64,000 nt of DNA from an uncultured Lachnospiraceae bacterium. Lineage in GTDB: Bacteria; Bacillota; Clostridia; Christensenellales; UBA1242. The stretch is taken from NCBI GenBank assembly GCA_964432825.1, contig CAYSOX010000007.1, positions 975-64,974 on the forward strand, read 5' to 3'. How positions within the stretch are numbered: position 1 is the stretch's first letter; every line of letters starts with the position of its first letter. Below, in pieces: positions 35,914 through 43,906 of this stretch. The notes under the pieces were generated by a model. The model saw only the letters and a program-made list of their open reading frames with translations, made no database searches and was not told where the DNA came from. Position numbers and translations under genes: made by a program.

Positions 35914-36410
35914 ATCACTCATTTCCTTAATCAATTTATCAAAGGATAATATATCACATCAATCACCTTTTTTCAAGTTAAAAATCATAGTTCGCTAGGA
36001 AAATTCCAGTTTTTAGCAGTTGCGTTTGGAGTGGTTAAATTTTAAGCGATATAGTTTTTGTAAGCCGAACTTTAAACAGTGAAGTTTTTGCGGTTTGAAT
36101 TTTAAATTGCTAAGTTTGGAAAGATTGAGTTTACATGAGTTCTAATTTTTTGAGTTTTGGATAATTAAGTTTGATGAATAAATTTAAGGCATTTAAAGTG
36201 AAGGGTTGTTAAATTATTATATCCACTTTTAAATAACAAAGAATTTGATTTACAAATAACGAGGGTTAAGTTGAATATAAAAATGTAGATACTACTAGGA
36301 ATAAAAAATGTAGGTTCTGGCATTAACACAAACAAAACAAATACTAAAAAGAACAAAAATGTGATAATGTAGATACAGACAGATGCAAAAAAGAAAAATA
36401 CTAGCGGAAA

Positions 36411-36448
36411 TAAAAAAGGAAGCAGATATAAATTGTATCCACTTCCTT
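36411..36448 (-). terminator. intrinsic terminator downstream of 36579-37433
   Basis: Stem aaggaag / cttcctt with a T-run on the minus strand. Confidence 0.5.
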
Positions 36449-36578
36449 AAATTTGGTTGCTAACTATTGGTTATTAAATTTGCTTTTCAGACTTTTATGC
36501 TGAGAACCAAAGGTTAATATAAATTGTTTTTTGTTGTCTTTTAAGAAATCTTTCTTCAATTTCTTTTCAATTACTTAT

Positions 36579-37433
36579 TTATACTCTTTCTGCTTCTAGT
36601 AATTGGTGTCTGAATGCTTCCTTTCTTTCTTTTGCATAAAGTAAAGCGTCTTGGTATCTTGCAGGTCTATCCACACCTTTACCCTTTAGGTATGCTATTA
36701 TCTTTTCATAATTTTTGTATATGGTTTCGTCGTCTAGGTCGTAAACTTCAACTTCGTCATTCAAAAACTCATTTATTGTAGCCGATGCTTCCTTTGACTT
36801 TTTGTTTTTTGTGCCTTCTTTATCCGATTGTTTATTTAATAAGCCATCCATCACAGCCTCTACTACTTGGTTGGCATTTGAATGCATTGACTTAAACTCT
36901 TCATCAAAAGACTTTTTGCTTAATTTACCCATTGAGTCTATTATTCTCCACGAGGTCTCACCATTTGGCACAACCCATGCATATCCGCGAATATACTCTT
37001 CCGCCTTTTTGTAACTACCATGTAAGCCACCATCGATATCTAAATATTGGTAACCCTTTGCTGTTTTTACAAGTGCTAAACCGTTAGAACTATATGGATA
37101 AGCCTCAGAAAAGGTGTTTACAACAGGTTCGCCATTTTCATTCTTTCGTACTTTATTTGGCTTTTCAGGATTTACATATCTCCATATTCCATTAATCTCA
37201 TCTTGAACTGGTGCATATCCAAATGCACAATACCCTGCATCATAATAGCCTTGTGGATAAATTGTACCTTCTTCATTCATAAATTGGCATGGTGAATCTT
37301 TGGTTATCTTAATTATTGAAACTCCGCTAGAAAAATCACACATCAAATAGACACCGCCAACTAAAATGTCACCATCTTCGTTGACCAAATTGTAATTTCC
37401 TAAACAACCTTCAATGTGTACTTTGTTAGCCAT
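36579..37433 (-). CDS. hypothetical protein, possibly WG-repeat (beta-propeller-like) with helical C-terminal tail
   Basis: Recurrent aromatic/Gly segments (GYYDAGYCAFGYAPV, NGIWRYVN, GLALVKTAKGYQYLDIDG, RGYAWVV). Weak recognition only. Confidence 0.35.
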   Translation of the reverse strand: MANKVHIEGCLGNYNLVNEDGDILVGGVYLMCDFSSGVSIIKITKDSPCQFMNEEGTIYPQGYYDAGYCAFGYAPVQDEINGIWRYVNPEKPNKVRKNENGEPVVNTFSEAYPYSSNGLALVKTAKGYQYLDIDGGLHGSYKKAEEYIRGYAWVVPNGETSWRIIDSMGKLSKKSFDEEFKSMHSNANQVVEAVMDGLLNKQSDKEGTKNKKSKEASATINEFLNDEVEVYDLDDETIYKNYEKIIAYLKGKGVDRPARYQDALLYAKERKEAFRHQLLEAERV

Positions 37434-37551
37434 TTTCAGTAACCCCCTTTTTTTGTTGATATATTATAACATATACTTTTAGGTTTTGTCAATATTTATA
37501 ATAAAGTCCAATAAAATAACTAAATTAGAGGGAATGCCAACAAAAACTAGG

Positions 37552-38247
37552 TTAGCCTGCCATATTTAGAAGGTCGCTTTTATCTTCTGCCATTAAGTAG
37601 GTATCTGGAACCTCTCCTATAATTAAACTTTCGGCAACCAAAATATCTTCTTGTACCGCCTCGTTTATCTTTTTAACTGGCAAAACCGCCGAAACCGAAG
37701 TTTCAACCCTTGCATAAATTTGATGCAATGTTTGGTTTATGCCACAAGATGAAAATTTGCTTAAGAAATTGCAAACCACACTCCCGTACGGAACCATATC
37801 CACTTCTACAATAGGCCCGCTTGAAGCAAATGCGGGGACACCCGAAAATGAGCCCAGTGGAATTTGGAGAGGCGAATGCAAGCCACTAAAAAGTTGTTGG
37901 TAGGTTTTTTCTATCACCTCTTGTATAAGTGAATTTATAACTATGGTATTTGCTTGCAATAATACAATTTTGCCCGAACCATCGGTGACTATATGTATTA
38001 AATCATCATAACACACCGAACCCGCCATAACTTCCTTTACCGCCGAATTAATTGACTTGAAACTGATTTCGTTAATTTTTGCTTTACCTGTTTTTATTAT
38101 AACGGGAGTCACCAAAAACTTCATACATAGAACAAATACCGCCGTTACCCCCATAATTGATGCAAAAAATCGTATTATTTTACGGCGAGTTATAAAATTT
38201 ACCGCAATAATTCTGTTATTTTTTTGACTACCCACAACCTTTACCAT
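37552..38247 (-). CDS. yunB: sporulation protein YunB
   Basis: N-terminal TM. C-terminal GINQTLHQIYARVETSV...VAESLIIGEVPDTY matches my memory of the YunB family signature. Confidence 0.65.
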   Translation of the reverse strand: MVKVVGSQKNNRIIAVNFITRRKIIRFFASIMGVTAVFVLCMKFLVTPVIIKTGKAKINEISFKSINSAVKEVMAGSVCYDDLIHIVTDGSGKIVLLQANTIVINSLIQEVIEKTYQQLFSGLHSPLQIPLGSFSGVPAFASSGPIVEVDMVPYGSVVCNFLSKFSSCGINQTLHQIYARVETSVSAVLPVKKINEAVQEDILVAESLIIGEVPDTYLMAEDKSDLLNMAG

Positions 38248-38359
38248 TATTTATTACCCAATAAATTTTATGTTTTATCTAACAATTTTAGCACGGTAAC
38301 TATTTTAATTTTTTGTACGATAGTTTTTTCAATTTCTATATAAGCCTAAACTAAGCAAT

Positions 38360-38584
38360 AAAAGCCCAAACATAAAGTTCGGACTTTTAAAATTTGTAAG
38401 ATGTTTAAAAACTCAATCATACAAAACCAACACAAAATAAGTTTGATTTTAAAAACTAAAGACTTATAAACCTTTAGTGCAACCATAGACACATAGTAAG
38501 TTTGATTTTAAAAATTAGAGGCTTATAAACCTTTAGTACAACCATAGGCATAATAAGTTCTATGTTTTAAAATTTGAATGGTTT
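38360..38584. repeat. about 58-bp degenerate tandem array (about 4 units)
   Basis: aagtt(t/c) unit starts at 38375, 38439, 38498 and 38555. Located between the ALDH stop codon and a G-U-containing hairpin at 38361-38390. Confidence 0.7.
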
Positions 38585-39946
38585 TTACTTACAAAAACGC
38601 TTTATTGTTTTTAGTTTCTTTCTTGAATATGGCATATACTTTAGTTTTAAATCCTTTTTAGAATTTGTAACTAAGACACTTTTGAAGTGTGAGAAAGTAT
38701 TGAAGGTTTTTTCACCATGATATGAACCCATTCCGCTACTTCCAACACCACCAAAAGGCAAATGCTTATCACTAATATGCATAATACAATCATTAATACA
38801 CCCACCGCCATAAATTGCATTTTGCATTACATATTCTTGCTTTTTAAGGTCGCTTCCAAAATAGTACAATGCAAGTGGATGTTTTTTTGTTTTTAGGCGA
38901 TCTATCTCTTCAGTTAATGTGGTAAATGATATAATTGGTAAAATTGGCGCAAAAATCTCTTCTTGCATAATTGGGTCATCAAAAGACACATTATCCATAA
39001 CGGTTGGCTCAAGTGTTAAGCCGTCGAATTTTCCGCCAACAACAATTTTCTTTTCATCTAATAACTTTTCAATTCTTTGCTTTTTCTTTTCATCAACAAT
39101 TTTTACAAAATTTGGTGTTAAAAGTTCTTCAACATAAAATTGCTCTTTAATTTCTTTCTTTACACATTCCAAAAACTGCTCTTTGATGGTTTCGTGAACC
39201 AAGCAATAATCGGGAGCAATGCAAGTTTGACCAGCGTTCAAAAATTTACCCCAAACACATTTTTTTGCAGAAAGTTCTACATCTGCATCAAAGTCCACAA
39301 TGAGTGGAGACTTTCCGCCAAGTTCCAAAACGCAAGGTGTCAAATTTTTGCTTAGTTTTTCTGCCAAAATTTTACCCGAATCTTCTGAACCGGTGAAGAA
39401 TGCAAAATCATACTTTTGGTCAAAAAGTCCATCTGTTTCATTTCGGTTTCCACAAACACATGCAATATACTTTTCATCAAACACAGCCAAAATCTCTTTA
39501 ATTACACTTGAAATTGTTGGAACACTAGAAGACAATTTTAATACTGCAGTATTTCCAGCGGACATAGCACCTATTAGCGGAACTAAAGATAATTGCAAAG
39601 GATAATTCCAAGGGGCTACAATTAGCGTTACCCCATATGGCTCCGGAACGATTCTACCTGTACTGAAAAAATTGATTAAATCTGTTCCTGTTTTTCTAAT
39701 TTTTGTGAGTTTATGCAAATTTTTCATCAAATAGTTTAATTCTGACTTTACAATGAATAATTCAGTCATATAAACATCTTGCTCACACTTATTTAAGTCG
39801 TCCAAAAAGGCTTGCAAAAGGGCAGGCATATGTTCTTTTAAACTCTTTTCAAGTTTTTTTAGTTGTGCCATCCTGAAATCTATACTTAGCGTTTGGTGAG
39901 AATTGAAATATTCTCGTTGACCATCTACAATTTTTTGAATATCCAT
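38585..39946 (-). CDS. NAD(P)-dependent aldehyde dehydrogenase (ALDH3-like)
   Basis: ELGGKSP glutamate motif. Catalytic Cys in NAGQTCIAPDY. Confidence 0.88.
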   Translation of the reverse strand: MDIQKIVDGQREYFNSHQTLSIDFRMAQLKKLEKSLKEHMPALLQAFLDDLNKCEQDVYMTELFIVKSELNYLMKNLHKLTKIRKTGTDLINFFSTGRIVPEPYGVTLIVAPWNYPLQLSLVPLIGAMSAGNTAVLKLSSSVPTISSVIKEILAVFDEKYIACVCGNRNETDGLFDQKYDFAFFTGSEDSGKILAEKLSKNLTPCVLELGGKSPLIVDFDADVELSAKKCVWGKFLNAGQTCIAPDYCLVHETIKEQFLECVKKEIKEQFYVEELLTPNFVKIVDEKKKQRIEKLLDEKKIVVGGKFDGLTLEPTVMDNVSFDDPIMQEEIFAPILPIISFTTLTEEIDRLKTKKHPLALYYFGSDLKKQEYVMQNAIYGGGCINDCIMHISDKHLPFGGVGSSGMGSYHGEKTFNTFSHFKSVLVTNSKKDLKLKYMPYSRKKLKTIKRFCK

Positions 39947-39951
39947 AATTT

Positions 39952-40872
39952 TTACCTCAAAAATCCTTTAACTATTTTTTCTTGTGCTTCGCTTTCGGTT
40001 AGCCCAAGCGTCATAAGTTTTGTTATTTGCTCTCCAGCAATTTTACCTATCGCTGCTTCGTGAACCAAACTCGCAAGCGTGTCAAATGCATTTACTTCTG
40101 GGTCAGCATAGACATTTGCATTATCCATTATTATGCAGTCGCATTCGGTATGCCCAAAGCACTCATTTTTGCCGTTTAAAACCGACTTAAAATGTTGAAC
40201 CGAACTACCCTTTGCCACCGCTCTTGAAGTTATGTGTGCCGAACTATTTTTACCCTCCAAGTTACAAGTAAATTCCGTTCGGGCATTTTGGTTAAACTCG
40301 GTTAATATCTTTTCATTAATCTCCAACTTTGCATTGGTTGAAAGTGTCGAAGATGTTACGCGTTTGGTTTTTGTGATACCGCCAATTTGAACGGTTTCCA
40401 TTTTAAATAATGAATTTTCACCTACTTCAACCTGCGTTTCGGGATTCATTTCCTTATACTCGTTCGACCCTTCACCAAAATGCTTTTCTATATAGGTCAC
40501 ATTACAATTTTTACCAATAAAGAAGCGATGTAAACCGTTGTGTGCGGAAGCATTTTTGCCATCGTTATGGATTCCACATCCGGCAACTATGGTAACACAC
40601 GAATTGTCTCCCACAAAAAAGTCGTTTTTAACAACATCGGTTAGTCCGCTTTCCGACAAAATAACTGGGATATGCACACTTTCATTTTGTGTGTTTGGAG
40701 CAATTAAAATGTTTATTCCCGAACCCTCTTCATTTGTTTCAATTACAATATTTGCCGAACTGTTTCGACCAATACTTTTTCCATTTTTCCTTATATTATA
40801 TGCACCTTGTGGTATTTCGTGAAGGTCGGCAACAATCTGCAATAACTCTTTGTCTACTTTTTCAAGTTCCAT
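39952..40872 (-). CDS. SufB/SufD-family Fe-S assembly protein (short, 306 aa)
   Basis: Beta-helix-type SufBD C-terminal pattern (HEAAIGKI...QITKLMTLGL.E.EA...IV.GF). Translationally coupled to sufC. Confidence 0.75.
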   Translation of the reverse strand: MELEKVDKELLQIVADLHEIPQGAYNIRKNGKSIGRNSSANIVIETNEEGSGINILIAPNTQNESVHIPVILSESGLTDVVKNDFFVGDNSCVTIVAGCGIHNDGKNASAHNGLHRFFIGKNCNVTYIEKHFGEGSNEYKEMNPETQVEVGENSLFKMETVQIGGITKTKRVTSSTLSTNAKLEINEKILTEFNQNARTEFTCNLEGKNSSAHITSRAVAKGSSVQHFKSVLNGKNECFGHTECDCIIMDNANVYADPEVNAFDTLASLVHEAAIGKIAGEQITKLMTLGLTESEAQEKIVKGFLR

Positions 40873-41594
40873 TATTTGTCACCCCCTTCAATTCTTTTAC
40901 ATGCACCAACTGCGTTTATTTCTTTCAAAATCACATTTGGGCTATCAATCTTTTTGATTTCACCATTTACTAGCAAAATCACTTCGTCTGCAATTTCAAT
41001 TATGCGTTCTTGATGCGAAATTATTAATGTATTCATATTTTTTTGTTGAATACGCTTAAAAACGCCAATTAAGTTATTGAAACTCCAAAGGTCAATACCG
41101 GCTTCTGGTTCATCAAAAATGCTAAGTTTTGAATTTCTGGCCTCAAGCATTGCAATCTCAATTCTTTTTAGTTCTCCGCCCGAAAGTTTATCGTCTAATG
41201 GACGATTAATATACTCTCTAGCACAAAGCCCAACATCACTTAAATAGTTACAAGCAGTTGAAATATCCACACTTCCACCCGCACTGATTTCTATTAGGTC
41301 CTTAACCGTTAACCCCTTGAATTTTACTGGTTGCTGAAAGGCAAACCCGACTCCAAGATTTGCTCTTTCGGTAATTGACATATCGGTAATATCGGTGCCA
41401 TCTAAATATATTTTGCCCGCAGTAGGCTTTTGAATTCCCATAATTATTTTTGCAAGGGTACTTTTTCCGCTACCATTTGGGCCCGTTACGACGACAAATT
41501 TTTTATCGTCAATTTCTAAGTTTATATGTTTAAGAATATCTTTTTTTGCACCATTTTCAGTGACACTAAAAGATAAATCTTCAATTTTTAGCAT
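40872..41594 (-). CDS. sufC: Fe-S cluster assembly ATPase SufC
   Basis: Walker A GPNGSGKST. ABC signature LSGGELKRIEI. Walker B SIFDEPEAGID. Confidence 0.88.
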   Translation of the reverse strand: MLKIEDLSFSVTENGAKKDILKHINLEIDDKKFVVVTGPNGSGKSTLAKIIMGIQKPTAGKIYLDGTDITDMSITERANLGVGFAFQQPVKFKGLTVKDLIEISAGGSVDISTACNYLSDVGLCAREYINRPLDDKLSGGELKRIEIAMLEARNSKLSIFDEPEAGIDLWSFNNLIGVFKRIQQKNMNTLIISHQERIIEIADEVILLVNGEIKKIDSPNVILKEINAVGACKRIEGGDK

Positions 41595-41654
41595 AAAACC
41601 CTCCTTTGTATTAAAATTTTAGTAAATTTGTGATGGTTTTATTCTTTTTTTCAT

Positions 41655-41702
41655 AGAAAAAACCTCCATCGGGTAATAGTGTACCACATATTTATGGAGG
41701 TT
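41655..41702 (-). terminator. intrinsic terminator after the spoVA operon
   Basis: 9-bp stem aacctccat / atggaggtt followed by T6 on the minus strand. Long loop. Confidence 0.6.
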
Positions 41703-41721
41703 GACAACAACTTTTTTTATT

Positions 41722-42096
41722 TTATTCAGTTTTAGTTTTTGGTTTAAAAATAAGGGCTACAAGATATGATAAAGCAATTGAAACACTGACTCCGGCGGAA
41801 ATTGAAGCAAGCCCATGAGACAATGCACCGAGTAGTCCTTCTGAGTTTGCACCCTCAATTGCACCTCGGGAAATATTGTAGCCAAAGCCGGTTATTGGAA
41901 CTGTAGCACCCGCTCCCGCCCATTCAACAATATAACCATATAACCCAAGCCCGCCCAAAACAGCACCTGCCATTAAAAAGACGACCAAAATTCTTGCGGG
42001 AGTCATTTTTGTACGAATAATCAATATTTGAGCAATCAAACAAATAAGACCACCTACCAAAAACACTTTGCAATACATCCATAATGCCATTAACAT
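41722..42096 (-). CDS. spoVAE: stage V sporulation protein AE (SpoVAEB-type)
   Basis: SpoVAC/SpoVAEB-type TM protein (GAGATVPITGFGYNI). Start set at ATG 42096 behind GAGGAGGAA. Confidence 0.85.
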   Translation of the reverse strand: MLMALWMYCKVFLVGGLICLIAQILIIRTKMTPARILVVFLMAGAVLGGLGLYGYIVEWAGAGATVPITGFGYNISRGAIEGANSEGLLGALSHGLASISAGVSVSIALSYLVALIFKPKTKTE

Positions 42097-42100
42097 ATTT

Positions 42101-43117
42101 TTATTCCTCCTCGTGTTCAAATACTACAATTTGGGCTATACACGGTATGCTTTCGCCCTGCTGGTTGGTTGTGGTACTCATTAATGCTCCAGTCGCCATA
42201 AATATCACTTTACTAAACTCGCCCGACTCCACCTTGTCCAATATGTATGAATTTAACACCGACGCCGAACATCCTGCACCACTTCCGCCTTGAAAGGTTT
42301 TTTGTTCGTTATTATATATTGAATGCCCGCAATCCATATAATTTTGCCCAAGGGGATATCCTTTTGAGACCATTAAATCTTTCAATATATCCGAACCTAA
42401 TTTTCCAAGGTCGCCCGAAACTATTAAATCGTAATCTTCGGGTGCCGTTCCCGTTTGTTTAAAAAAGTTTGTTAAACTGGTTTGCGCCGCTGGTGCCATC
42501 GCTCCGCCCATATTGGCAATATCAGTTACTCCATAATCTACAACATTACCTATTGAAACCATTGTAATTTTTATTGAAGATTTTTGTTCGGTTGATAAAA
42601 CCGTGGCTCCCATACCAGTAACCGTCCACTGCGAGTAGGTTTGACGCTGACAACCGAGTTCCAATGGGTTTCGAAATTGTCTTTCCGATGCCGAAAAATG
42701 GCTCCCCGTTGCACACAATATATTGGTTGCACCACCGCCGTCTAATATTAAACTTGCCACAATTAAACTTTCACTCATAGTGGAACATGCACCATACACC
42801 CCTAAATAAGGAATATTATAAGCCCTTGCGGTATAATTTGTGGTAACAATTTGGTTTAATAGGTCGCCACCAATAAAAATATCTATGTCCTCTTCTGTTC
42901 TATTGGCATTTGAAATCGCGTGATGCACCGTTTCTTCCATCATTCGTCGTTCGGCTTTCTCAAATGAATCTTCACCCATTGTGTCGTCAATTACAGAATT
43001 TTCAAAATATTTGCCCAGTGGCCCATCCGCTTCCTTTTGGCTAGTCTTTGACGCTCTGCCAATAACATATATTGGCTTTTCTAATTGGTATGTACACCTT
43101 CCTATTTTTTTACTCAT
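42101..43117 (-). CDS. spoVAD: stage V sporulation protein AD
   Basis: Thiolase-like SpoVAD sequence (GGDLLNQ...YGACST). Start set at ATG 43117, 1 nt after the spoVAC stop. Confidence 0.88.
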   Translation of the reverse strand: MSKKIGRCTYQLEKPIYVIGRASKTSQKEADGPLGKYFENSVIDDTMGEDSFEKAERRMMEETVHHAISNANRTEEDIDIFIGGDLLNQIVTTNYTARAYNIPYLGVYGACSTMSESLIVASLILDGGGATNILCATGSHFSASERQFRNPLELGCQRQTYSQWTVTGMGATVLSTEQKSSIKITMVSIGNVVDYGVTDIANMGGAMAPAAQTSLTNFFKQTGTAPEDYDLIVSGDLGKLGSDILKDLMVSKGYPLGQNYMDCGHSIYNNEQKTFQGGSGAGCSASVLNSYILDKVESGEFSKVIFMATGALMSTTTNQQGESIPCIAQIVVFEHEEE

Positions 43118-43118
43118 A

Positions 43119-43652
43119 TTACACCCCACATATCAAATAAATTATTCCGACCAAAATTGAAAATGTTACGCCGTTTACAATAACCGGTCCTGCAACATAG
43201 AACATTTTGGCACCCAAACCGAAAACCAAACCTTCTTTTCTAAACTCCATTGCCGAACTTGTGATTGAATTTGCAAAACCAGTTATTGGAATAACCGTGC
43301 CGGCACCCGCAAATCGTCCAAGTTTATCAAAAACGCCCAAACCGGTTGTTATGGTTGTCAAACTTATGATGATTATATTTATCCAACTTGCAACCGTTTT
43401 GTAATTCATTATTGGGTCAACTGCTTTAAAAATATCTCCAATAAGTTGTCCAAAACAGCAGATACTTCCGCCCACCAAAAAGGCGTGAAAAAGTGGTTTT
43501 AGCCAAGAACCTTTGGGGGCTTTAGCCTCAATATAGTCCAAATACTCTGCATTTCGCTTTTCAAAATTCCTTTTTGCGTCACATTCTAAAACTTTTTCTA
43601 TTCTTTGGGTTGTAGAATTTAATTTGTTTTTTTTTGAAATATAAGTGTTCAT
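43119..43652 (-). CDS. spoVAC: stage V sporulation protein AC
   Basis: SpoVAC TM pattern (FLVGGSICCFGQ...GAGTVIPITGFANS). Start set at ATG 43652 behind AGAGGTGA. The 30-codon upstream extension is unsupported. Confidence 0.85.
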   Translation of the reverse strand: MNTYISKKNKLNSTTQRIEKVLECDAKRNFEKRNAEYLDYIEAKAPKGSWLKPLFHAFLVGGSICCFGQLIGDIFKAVDPIMNYKTVASWINIIIISLTTITTGLGVFDKLGRFAGAGTVIPITGFANSITSSAMEFRKEGLVFGLGAKMFYVAGPVIVNGVTFSILVGIIYLICGV

Positions 43653-43906
43653 AAATTCACCTCTAAATCGTTTTATACCGATTATCGCCAAAAAATTTGT
43701 TTTCATACACATAATTTTTGAATTATTTTTAAATTTTCTCAAAGACTATTACTATATACTATCATTTGACGCTAATTTTAATGTAATTTCTAAAGTTTAA
43801 AATTATTTGTATGAATTTTTGATAAAATTACATATTATTATCGTCAAATTATAAAAATTTTTAAACCTTTGATTTTATGCAAAAAAATAAACTTAGGAGA
43901 CTATTA

